From assembly GCA_965637545.1 (NCBI GenBank), contig OZ281494.1, positions 11,284,001 to 11,348,000 of the forward strand: 64,000 bases of DNA, given 5' to 3'. Of the stretch, positions 25,066 through 37,286 are shown in pieces (within the stretch, counting starts at the first letter, position 1; each line of letters starts with the position of its first letter). Source of the DNA: Phallusia mammillata (lineage: Eukaryota). Under the pieces are notes generated by a model. The model searched no databases and had not been told where the DNA came from. It saw nothing but the letters and a program-made list of their open reading frames with translations. The translations under genes were made by a program, and so were the position numbers.

Positions 25066-25662
25066 CAGGGGTGGACAATTAATTTTTAAAAGGGGCCACA
25101 TAAGAAACCTGACTTATGTCCGAGGGCCAAACCAACGATAACTTGGTTAAACTTTATTCCGCATTTGAGCGTTGTAATGCAAATATTTATAGTTTGCATA
25201 AAAAATAAGCGGGTAAATTGACATGAAAAATGGCCATTTAGCTTGCAATATTACGCTGAAAAGTTAAAACCCAAAGTTTTTATACAATAGGTTGATCAAA
25301 TTCGCGTTTAAGCTTTCCAGTTTGTAAAAATCAGATTTATGTGTTTTTCCCATACCCATTGTATTATTTTGACACAAAAGAGCACTATAGGCTTTATCGC
25401 GTAACAATGGGTTGAACAACTTGTGTTTTATGACGATTTTGACCAGCATCACACGTAGCTGTTCGCCTACGCACGTGCGTCACTCCGTAATCATACATAA
25501 CAAATGGCTTTTTAAAATAACATCAAAATTGCCGTATTTCATGCATAGCATAAATAGACTTATATTGGATTAATGTTTTAATTTACCTAAACCTCACGCG
25601 GGCCAGACAGGGACAGCCAACGGGCCGGATGTGGCCCGCGGGCCGTAAAATGCCCAGGTCTG
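25066..25662. mobile_element. hAT non-autonomous element, 597 bp, carrying a fragment of the intron-6 foldback family
   Basis: Ends caggggtggacaatt / aaaatgcccaggtctg; perfect TSD CACTAGAA at 25058-25065 and 25663-25670; internal 25165-25430 aligns by eye to 11630-11918. Confidence 0.88.
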
Positions 25663-28600
25663 CACTAGAACAACGAAGAGGTTTTCCCTGGATGTGTTGT
25701 GGACCCTGGGGTTTCGCTGTGAACAAATTAACAACACAGTAACAACAAGTTTTTGGTGTGCTATGACAGGATGGAAACTGCACGGATCTTTGCGGTAACA
25801 GGTTTGCGAAACCTTGAAGTGACGCTTGTTTATTCTCGCCACACTTCAAGTACGTGCTAAAGAGCACTAACTGCACACGATCTATTAGTTGCTATCTTCA
25901 ACTGCAATTACCATTTTCATTCACAGTGACAAGCAGAGCCGATAAGGACAGAAGGAAATCGACTAAGTCATTGTAGAACACGGTTGCGTCATCCAAATCT
26001 GTCCAGAAGTGTATTTTTGTTTTAGAAATTAGTCAAAACGGTGAGAGTAGCACACATGGGATAATATACGAAAAAATGGCGGATAACTGAAACTAAAGAC
26101 GCAAAATATTATGGCATTGACCAATACTCGAAAAAACCTTGCATACAATTTTTGCACAACGTTTTTTTGCACGTTTTAACTTGGGAAAGACAAGCAAGTT
26201 TGTTTTACCTCCCTCATAAAAATATATTTTAATGTACAATATTTTGCAACCAAAAATAATCTAACATCAAAAATAAGACAGGTTGGTCACGGTTATGCGA
26301 ATGCAGGTGTAATCATTATTTGCAATGCATACCACGTCGAACTTTCATTTCCACGTGCCAAAACCACAAATCGAAATACGTTGACAGACCAGTCAAGAGG
26401 GTCTATTGGAAACAGATTGAGACGTAATTCGTCGTCTGCTTTCAGTCAAATATATCAGACCGACCCATGACAGAGGTTTAAGTTTTTGTCGGTGCTCAAG
26501 GGGGTAGTTGTTTGATGTGGCAATGACCAACCAGTTTCTTATCAGTGTTGATTTACCGAGCCAGTTTTCTATTGATTCGTTAATTCCTAGATTTTATTTG
26601 GCATGTTGTGCGCAAAACCAACACATTGTAAAATCCGTCAATGCGTTTATTACATTGCTGGTTATTTACGGTAAACAGCGACTTCCACAATGAAATCCAC
26701 AATGATTTAAGGCCGTTTGCATATTCCTCTATTCTATGAAAAACAATTCAATTTGATGTAGCTTATTCGAACACCCAATATACGTTACGAGCATGCAACA
26801 CGATTATTATTTCGCGAGGCACCTTGATTTCGGGATATACCCGAAACTCATCGAGGGAGGGGAGGCTTTACCATCAATTACGTCAATTTGCTTTGCACTT
26901 GACATAAGTTTCTCAATCGCATGACCTCGGGAGCCAAAAAGCAACAATTACAAGTGTTTAATCTCACCACATCTCGCTAATTGCGATATAGCCTAATTGC
27001 AATTGTGCGGTCAATAGGTAGGGCTTATTTCTTGTTGAGCCAAGCAATACTCGCCTGAATTTGAATTGATGTGGCTTTTGTGTAAAGTCTGTTAAACGGG
27101 GTCAAATTAGCTTTAGCTCAGCATGTGTTTGTTTGCAGTCCTTTCGATGATATTGTCGCAACTAATCACTTGAACTTTCAGGTCATGTAATTTTCCATTG
27201 CTGCTGTGAAGTTGTATGACTAAATAAACACTAGGTTGCGCCAGCGAGGCTTCTGTTACAGGGTTTTGGGAGTTTATGAAAATAACCAAAGCTCATGATA
27301 CGGTATCAAGTCAAAACGTCATTTAAGCTTCCTAAAAGTCATTAACGCCACATAACTTTATTAAATATGGCTGTCAGAACCCAGACCATGCCTCTTTTCT
27401 GACAATTACAGAAAAACACAACGGTTTTGGGCGCGCCTGTCAATCAAGACACAACTTGCGGTTTGTGTACATTCTTTTGCCGACCAAAAAATGTTTCTTT
27501 CTCTTTTCAACGCGACTTCTTCAACTTAAAACGGTCCATCATGCCACCGCACGCAAATGTGCAACCGCTGAAATACAATGGCACAGCCTTGAACCGTTAC
27601 GAACAGATAACACAAAAATTCTTTCTGGGTGGCTGTATCATAAACTGTTGTACTAGCACCAGAGTGACAAGCTATCACTTACAAAACAAAATTCTGTCCA
27701 AATTGGCGAACCGCAATGTGTTCAATTGGAATGTAACATTTGTAAACTAGAAATTATTTCATTTTGCGGCTACATGTGCAAGTGTGCTTAAAACGCTGAT
27801 TGATTAGCCTGTAAACGAGGATCACTTATGGTGCTGTGTGTGATGTTTGCCATATCCGCGCGCCTGATGTAGCACAAAGTCGCTGAGTGCGTAAAACATG
27901 TTATTTACCAAAAGGCAAGAACGGACAAATTGTGATAAAAATGACTAATATAAGTTATATATTCTATATATTTCATTATTTGGCCGTAGCCTATTGGGGA
28001 GTCTATGAAAAAACGAAGAAAGGGAAATTCACATTTATGCTTCTTGGGAGGAATCTTTTTACAAACCGGAACAGTTCGACGCCAAAAACAAGGTCAGATC
28101 TCACTCAAAAGAGCTATGAACGTAATACAAACAAATAAATACGACAACCGCGTTTGCAGTTTGCACAACAGCATCTACAAAATTGTATTCGCACCCAAAT
28201 TCCTTTTGACAAGATAATTCTCCTTCAACAGATGGTACAAAGAAAAATATCCGCTGAACGGTACCAGCGATTATGAAACCCTCGATATCATATGCGATAA
28301 TGTCTCACATGGTGCACCAGGTATTCATATTATGCAAAGGCTGAGTCGTCTGGCGGATTTAGAACGTAAAATTGGCGACTAGAGCCACACCTGTCACGCT
28401 GACAGTTGATGAAGGAGTGCACACATGTTTACCAGCGGAACGTGATAAAGCATTACACCAACTTCATGTGTGTCCAATCAAAAAAGCCAAAAGACTTGGC
28501 GTGCTTATTCCCTCTACCGAAACCGTAGGTTGTACAAGCTCGCAATTTACTGCAATGAACTTTTGCTTTGGACACCAGTTTTACCACAGGGTGTAGTATA

Positions 28601-29300
28601 GACTATAGACCAATCGTTAGGTGGTGCTATTTTAACATTCTCTTCCATTAGTTGGCTTTGATGCATATATAAACCTTATGTCCGTTTAAGCTGTGAATTT
28701 AAATCAACGGATAGATTTGGTGTAGCATTAAGCTTGGCAATACTGAGCTGGGTCGAGATATTGTACCATGTTTTAGCTGGGGTTACATTCAGGCCGCGTT
28801 TGGGTTGGTTGAAAGTGAATTTTCATGCACGTTAAGTTTAGTACAAGCACGCGATAAGCCTTAACGAGCGACGGCGAAATAGCATTGTTGTCTTCGGCGG
28901 GCGGAACGCTGGGAGCGGGTTGCCGTTTGCAAACGCAACATTCTCCCAGACCGCCGCAAACTCGATAACTCGGAATTAAAAACTCGTCTCAGCTAGGCAC
29001 TAAAAGGCGCTGTTTATTTACCGTAGCCTGACACATGCAATCTGGTGCGATAATTTGCAAAGTCTCAATGTGATTGTGCAGGAGATAGCGAAGCGCAAGT
29101 GGGACAGAAACCGCTCAACGATATCCGCCTTTCAGTCGTGACTTTAATCGACATGATTCGCTGCATTTTTGCCGTTAGTTGAAACTGCGACCGGGGTGCC
29201 ACAATATGCTACGCCTCGTTATTCGAAATTATCAGGGATCGATCAACGATACGAGACTATCGCAGCATCTGGCCACTTAAAACAATGCTTGTATAAGCTT

Positions 29301-29370
29301 ACACGGCTTTCTATCCGTTTTCTCGAGCTCTACAGCGGAGTTGAATACTCGTAGAAACGGATAACCGTGT
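29301..29370. ncRNA. Candidate pre-miRNA-like 70-nt hairpin, not matched to any known family
   Basis: acacgg/ccgtgt outer stem plus near-perfect tatccgttttctcgag / ctcgtagaaacggata inner stem and a 20-nt loop. Structure only; no expression evidence. Confidence 0.3.
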
Positions 29371-32300
29371 TTGCCTAGGGGCACATGAATCATCAAGGAT
29401 TTTGTTCAAAACAACCCTCCAAGCTGATAAACTTTAATGTTACATCTAATGAAAGCACTTTCAACATTTGCAAACCGAAATCTTTAATAAACAGACATTT
29501 TTTGAATTTCCAGCAATCATCACTCTATGAGAGCAATTTGACTTATTTTCGCTTGTGGTTGCAAGAACCAAATTTAGTTTGACGTCAAAGATTTTGTTGG
29601 TTACGTCACAGATCACAGTGATTAGTTATCTAGCGGATGTTCACCAGCAAAATGTCAACTGTCGTGGTCGACTGAACTCTTACCTGCCTGCCTGATGTAT
29701 CGAAGTTTGCATCACGATTTGAGGTAGCTTGCTGGCAACAGCACACACACACTGTCAATGTAATCCATTATGGATGCCTAATCGGGAGATATCTAATCCA
29801 CCAAAGGCGCCAAATCGTGTTTTCCCCAAAAACACAGACTCTGACATCACGGAATTGCTAAACTGTCAACGTCATTGATCAACTTGCATCTGTTTAGGCC
29901 GCGTTTCTGGTCTAACATTCAAAACATGCCGAGCACAAAATGAATAACACCCGATTTTTATGAACTTTAACGTTGGGTTACCCCGAAATTGCACCTTTTT
30001 ATCAATGACTTTCACAAAAACCGTAACTTGCAAAACTTACTAGCATCATGTTTTTTTTCAAAAAAGAATTGAATAGTTCAGTGTTTTTTCACAAAGTAAA
30101 AAATGGTAATGTCGCATTACTTAGGTGGGTCCGATGCGCAACCATGTAAATATAATTAGCGCCAACCAAAATACAGACCTCTACAGCCTTTTATGTCAGA
30201 TTCACATTGTGGTTACAGCGGAAAACGTAAAAGATGATTCTTAAACGTGAAAGTAAAACGCTTAACCAGTATTCACGATATTGTTTTCCATCATCCCACA
30301 AATCATTTTCGGTGTGTTTGTTATAAAAAATATTACAGTGGTTCAGTTTTCAACTCCAGTCGTCCACTTTGCCAAGCTTTCACGTCTAGACGTCGGGATT
30401 CGCGACTCACCAATTTGTCCTTATCTCGACTTTCGTGAAACTTCAACTGTGATCCCACATCAACCACAAGCCACTTACCGAAAGACGGCACGACCCCCTT
30501 TTACGCGACTGTAGGACCAGCATTTGACTGTTTATGGTCTGGGCTAGTTCAATATAAAACGATACAGATGCGTCACTCGACCCGACCATATGAAAAGATC
30601 TAAAGTGGGTGCTCTTGTTTACACAATCACCTATTATTCAATCGCTTTCTCTAGGATCAGATGGCAAAGTGTCACTTTTTTATAAGATACCTTCGTCGCT
30701 ATCTCTGAAGGCAAAAGTAAGGAAGTGTTGGGTGCCTTTTAAAAACCTTGCTCTCTGTAGTCGTAGAGTTTCTGCTTTGTTTAGAAGACCCACAAGAACT
30801 GGGCGTCAGGTGTTAAATCCGGTAATTGTTTTGCACTTAGATCGAGAATTTTCATTTTTTTACGTACGGTACAAACTTCGAAGTAAAATCCACATTGAGC
30901 TTTCAGGGGAAAACTGAATCAAGTGATTCTAGGCAAAAAATGTAAGAATGAAAATTATTTAATAAATGCAAAGATATTTTCTGCTCATGCCACGAAATAG
31001 TTTATTTTAAGACATGTGTTAGTTTCCACTTTTAGAACACCAAAAAGAACACGTTTTCAAGCTGAAAGTGACAAGCTCGTTACTGCAGATGAATTGAACT
31101 TCCGAATCCTTACATGAAAACGGGAGCCAAATATGTAGAAAACAAGGGCAGAACGCTTTTCTCTTCCGCAAGTAATTTAAGACCAAAGTGCGGGATCAAG
31201 TAACCAACACCATGGACCAAAGCATGCTTGTTTGGTATTTATAAATGCAGCGGGGCGATACTGTAATTAGCGGATGAAAGCAGGCCATGGCGATCCTATC
31301 TTTCCACTAGCGGACGATATTGTGTGTGATAAGGTGGACGTTAATACAGCAACGCAGAGGAGAAACAACCCTGGATTTGTTGACACGACTTGGGTGTTTT
31401 GCCGCTGAGGTCGCGTAATGTGTGTTCACTGCATGAGGGCAAAATAAACTTGGTTAGTTCTTATCGGCAAGGTGTTGAATCGAAATGAACATTTGGTTTT
31501 AGGTGTTTTCCACTACGACGGTGAAGAACAAATGTGCCCTAAATGCACTACACACAAGGGTATCTCACACCTGTTTGTTCGTCCTTATCAGCAAGATTTC
31601 ACTCGAAACTTGCGTTTGACTCACAGGTGTTTTCCGCCCTTATTAAAAACAAAACAATCGTTATTTGCAGTGCCAGCTTTAAACCAACTAATTTGCATGC
31701 ATGTGAACTGGAGGTTGTGAGATTTCACTTCAAACAAGGACATCAATCAAACTTGATTGCAAACTAATTTAAATGCAAGGGAGCATTGTTTGTTGCTTTG
31801 AAAGTTAAGTCGATTTAATGGACTTACGACAGTACACCAACAATGTTAGGTAGAAGACATTTACTACTGCCATTAGAGCCATCTCTAAAGTGTTTGGTAG
31901 ATATGCTTGTTATGGGCAACCAATCTTAACACAAACTTCTCCGAAGACGCAACATCTGCTTCAAAACAAGATAGTTCGGTTTAAGTGACGCATTTGACAA
32001 CTGAGATTACTCCCTTAGCAAAACATTGATGAAGCAACAAGTATTCCGTTGTTTTTGTCACAATCAAGACAGCTCGATCCAAATCTGGACATTTCTCATT
32101 AAATAAATTCCTATTTCCGCTGGGTGGCGCCGATTGATTTGTCAAAAACTGTTTATTTTTAAAGCTCGACTTCGTGTAAACTCCCTTTGTTTGGGTGCGC
32201 GGGAGCCACTCGAGTTAATCTCACTACAATTGTTCATGTTGCGTGCGAGTCCTACTTGTTGTTAGAAAACGGAATTGTCCTTGAGATCATCCACGCCAAG

Positions 32301-35300
32301 ATCGGCCCTTGCTTGTTTCAGTAGAATAATAAAGTCGGAAGTGTTGAATGCCGACCCTTGCTTGCCACTCGCGTTAATAGGGCTGGGAACTATTGTCGGG
32401 CTCAGGTACTCGGCGACGCGGGAGGTACGTCACCAATACGTTCAAACCAACAAGGTCGTATCGACGGGGCCGCCCATAGTGTGGGGACCTCATCAAAGTC
32501 ACGTTGTATAAACTACCTTCAATGGTGCGACAAATCGCTCTCGGTTGACGACTCCCAGGTAGATCGAGGGGACGGTTCCCCGAAGGTCCAAGAGGTGGTT
32601 TGTGAAACGATTTACGGAAGCACGTGTCAATGCCCGTGTGATTGACTCTAGAAAAGTATACACAAGCGTATGAACCCACTTGAGGTGCGATCAGCTGGGG
32701 GCAATTCACCTTACCGCACAAAAACACCAGGGTGTTGTCGCACCTAGTCACCATTCGCCACTTACGCTTAGCGTTTGAATAGCGGTTCGATTATTTACAC
32801 GTGGACTTGATCTTGCAAGCAACGTTGGGGCAAAACACAATTACTTGCTGATTGGGCGTTTACTCCAACGTTGTATAATGTTCGTAGAACCAATGGCAGT
32901 GTGCATAAGGTGTTACGAAACGGCATCACAAAAACGATAAAGATATTTGTCCCAAACTGGTGCCTCCGGCTTCGTGAGAATGGTGTGATAATAGCCTGTA
33001 ATAATGCGTAGCTACAATGTTGTTCTTTTTCGCTTAAGATCGCGACGCTGTCATTTCGTCTATAACACCTCGTAATTATCTCCCATCACTTGTCTGTATG
33101 TTTTCGCATGGCAGTTCTTCTGCAGCCACACGAGATGGTACTTGAAATCGTTTGACATCATTACCTCATGGCGCGGTGACAAACACGCGTATCAAAACTG
33201 GTATGTTTTCCCACGAACGCTACGCGGAGTGTGTTTTTGTGCAAACCAATTTGATTTGTTTTGCCCGTAAAACCAAGTCAAAAAACACACTCAGGCTGCG
33301 ATTTGTCCATAGCTTTTAACCGACTGTCACAACAGCGGCAACACTTGGAAGATATTTCCACCTTTGCTCTACGAAAATGGACAGGGTTAAACTGACCATG
33401 TCATCTCAAAAGGGCGTTTACGGGTACAAGGAATTATCCAACACAATCTGGGGTGCACTAAGGCACACTTGGAGTCCCGAGTCATTAACAGTTGTGTTGA
33501 CATTGCTGTGCGAGGCACCGTATCCTACTTAAAACCCTGTTGGTGTTGAAGTTGATCACAACGGGTGTAAACTATTCCTCATCCCACTTACTCTGTTGAT
33601 TCTGTTAGTATGGGAAAGTGAACAGAGCGTTGCCTTCACTTCCACAGTTCAACGCTTTCCAAAAAGTCTATGTCAACAAACCGAAGACCAGGTACCATGC
33701 ATTTGTAACGGCCTGCAAATTTGGCTTACCTGCGTTGTGTGTGTGACGTTGGTTACACCAAACTAAACGCCAGGTGCACTAACGTATTTCAACTCCAGTA
33801 AAGAGAAACTGAGAAATTGTATAGCTCCACGGAGTGCGAATATTCTGCATGACAAAATGTTGTTCAGCGTCCCCCAAATAACACCTACACTTGGCACTTA
33901 AACAATTTATCTTCTTTGCAGAAAATTCACTTCAACTTGTAGTGGATAACTATTTCAAAAGTGTTACAGGTGTGGCCAACAGAATGTTAATTTTTAAAAC
34001 AATTTTAAGGCTGTGGAAATTTCTTTAGACGCGCGTTTTCAGCAATGCAATCTCGGATGTTTTATTTCGTTCTACAAGGAAATGGCGATTGCGGTTTGCA
34101 CGGTCCAATTGCGCATGCTGTTGGGCCACAACAAACACCAGTTTTCTCCTATATAGAATTCTAACAAGCTGTCGGTATCGAAAAACACGTACGTTCAAAT
34201 GAACTTTTAACTCAAGCATGGCGAATTAAGATGTCAGTGTAAACGAAGCGGTTTTGAGTGTCAGGTGACCGCGAAAGGATTACAGTGGGTATTTTTTGCC
34301 GTGACAAAACAGCTCGGGTTACAGTAAACAGCCGACATGAGAGCACAAGTGGTGGTTATGGCGTTATGCTGGATTGCGATCAAACATAACGCTAAACCCT
34401 ACTCTATAGTCGTTATTGCGTACACTTATTTTCCAAAATGATATAAATAGGGGATCGCAAATTCGCGTGGTTTTCGAAGTGGTCGTGAGGAAGAACGGAA
34501 ATACAATACAATGAAGCATCATGTATTGCCATTAAAATACACCTGACTACAAACATTGATAGGTTTCCAACAAGGTATTTGACATTTTATGCCGACAATA
34601 TGCTACGCGTTTGCGAACAATGTGTTAAGAAAAAATTATTAACGCCGATCAAGACAACCTTTTTTGGAGGTGCGGTGTGTCCACTAGCAATGCTCCGAAC
34701 AAATATACGAAGACAATGGTATAAAACAGACATGTCTAGAGTCAACTCAACAAATAATTGAGCTCCAAGGTCGTTTCAAAGTAAACTTGTACAGGTTAAA
34801 TGCACATTATGAATTTGAAACCTTTTCATTCATTCTCGATCGTAATCCTGCATATGCAAGAAGAGTTTTGTTTCAAAACACCAGTCGCGTACACTGCTTG
34901 GTTTTTCAGATATGCTACCTGGTCAGCCGCGCCCCTGATCAGCACACCATGTCGTAACTGTAGTAAACAACCTCATCAACATGTTACATCAATGTCAACC
35001 CGATAGGCAGGTAACCAAACAACGCATTGCAATATTTACCTTCGGCGGATGTGATTCATGTTCAAAAACACATGTTACAATACTTTCAAAAAGGTGATGC
35101 GAAATACTGTCATCAAGTAACTATTAAATTCCTGACTAGTGAAGTATCGTGGTAAATTAAACATGTCATATCTTGGTGACGTGATACAAAAATGCATGTT
35201 TTGTTTGATGCAATGCTACCCATTTATTGCAAATACATGCCGACTCAATGAGAAAGTTTACAAGATAAACTTGCCACACAGGCGTAGGACCACGATTTTT

Positions 35301-36298
35301 GGCTTTGGTGCGTCTTCCTGCACTTTTCATCACTATTCTCTGAATTTCACTTTAACATGGCAATTGTTTACATCGCATGCCGGTCGCTTATCAGGTGGTG
35401 GGGTAAACACTTCGGAGGTTAGAGATTCTCCGAAGTGCTCGTTGCGACAAGTCGCTATTGCTGACCACTGTGCTAATTGAGCTACATATATGACACGGCC
35501 TTTGTGCGTTGTGGCGTTTTATTTCAATGCTGCGTGGAACAAGTAACAGATTTGTACAATGAAGATTTCATACAAATAAAATACTACAATCTCCAGTTAG
35601 AACGCTGGGTTATCATATAGGGACTGGGTTGAAGATAGATCGATTTCAATGACAATTTTTTTACCTATTTTTATCCCAAAGATTAGCCCAAAAAGTTCAA
35701 TTCCTTTCTTGGTTTCTGCCGAAAACAAACCTCTAGGTTGAAATGAGATGCCTATATTCCAAACAGGGCAAATTGTGGTAACATATGCGATAAGTTTGGA
35801 CATTAACCCATACAACAATTGTCTAAATATGTTCAAGTTAAAACACATGCAAGGTAGATTCTCCTCTGCCTTAATTGCTTGCATGTCATTTTATTTAGCC
35901 GCAATGTCAAAGGCCTGGAGCTATATCTTTGTAGATATGAAACGCAAAAATAACGTTTTAGGTAAGACGTTTACATGGAAAACTGCGGTCACGTCACTAC
36001 AAAGTGCAAGGCTGATCCACAAATGACGTCATAAAATCGCCACATCAAATACAGGTGTCTGAAACGTCATCTAAAGTGTTTGTTTGCGGCAAAAGTTTGT
36101 CGATAATACGAACTTTCCCAGGAATGATTCAGCTCCGTTCTAAATTGCTCACTTTTAAAGCACGTGTAGCGCTACAGCAATTACGCCCGGCGACCGTCAA
36201 ACATCGTTAAGAACGCAATAAATTTCACTTGGATAAAATAAATTTCACTGCTTCCTCCGGAAATTCGCTGTATTAAAAGTTAAAGGTCGCCAAAACAT

Positions 36299-36833
36299 CT
36301 AAAAATAGCTAAATGCTCATGAATCGACGTGTGCGTGTGGATACAGGTGGACATGACAATTGCTGGCACGCGCCCGCAAGTCTTTCATCTTTTGAAGGAC
36401 AATGATATACTCTAGGAAAAGTGAAGATCAAGGTTCTGTAGACACGGACACCGACGCGGAACGGGGAACTGTGATCGTCAATCTCGTTTCAATCATGTGC
36501 GGCCTTTTAACATGTCTATTGCCCGTGACTGCGTGTAGTTGTTGCCGCAACGGCCGTGTACAGTTTCAATGCAGCGCGCCTGTGCGGGGACTTCGTTTAA
36601 AGGGCGTGTGGACGATTCAATTGCACCAAGAAAACCGCCTTGTAACGAGTTGGAACGCCTAATGCGCGTTGAAGCCTTGAAAGGAGCGCTTGCAATTTCG
36701 CGGAAGGGTATTGCTTTCAACGGCATACGACACCCCGCGACCGCCTAAACAAGATTTGCGGTTCCGTTTCAATTTAGCGCAGGGAGTAGGCTTGCCCACC
36801 ACAGGTATGGTTAGTTTAAGCGGCTATTTATAG
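36299..36833. promoter_or_regulatory. Pair of canonical MEF2 sites
   Basis: CTAAAAATAG at 36299-36308 and CTATTTATAG at 36824-36833, with nearby E-boxes (CACGTG at about 36160, CAGGTG at about 36344). Confidence 0.45.
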
Positions 36834-37211
36834 TTGCTTGTTGTTTCACCAAGCATAATTTTCTTGTGTAGGCACAAGTGTAATTTAGTTTCACATCAGC
36901 ACCGAACGCAAGTGGTTCAAGCGACGACCAAAGTTGTGACAACAACGCTGTTAACTGGAAATCCGCACCATAGAGTTTCTTCCAACCGTTGCTCCTACTC
37001 AGAAACGGAGTCGGAACAAACTTTGTTTTCCCACTGATCCGTACGAGGAAACGAAATAAACTACATCATAGTTTTGTTAGCTCTTTTGTATGGGTTATAA
37101 CTTCATTTCCCAATACAAGTATAGACAAACACGGTTAAACTGGACCTTTGCCCAATTCGGACAAAACTTGTGGTACAAATGATTTGTTATGTGGCAAGGC
37201 TTTAATCGACA

Positions 37212-37286
37212 TCGGTTAATCCGGATCTTTGCCTAATCCGGTCAAATGTTTGGTCCAAACGGGTTCGGATTAACCGAGGTTTACTG
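37212..37286. mobile_element. Truncated Tigger/pogo-like (Tc1/mariner) MITE remnant
   Basis: Right end reads TA-CAGTAAACCTCGGTTAATCCG on the minus strand; 12-bp inverted copy tcggttaatccg at 37212-37223; left terminus missing. Confidence 0.65.

Noticed and set aside
32275-32754. Three overlapping ORFs in a GC-richer island
   Set aside because: Open frames on both strands reflect composition; no family motifs or exon structure.
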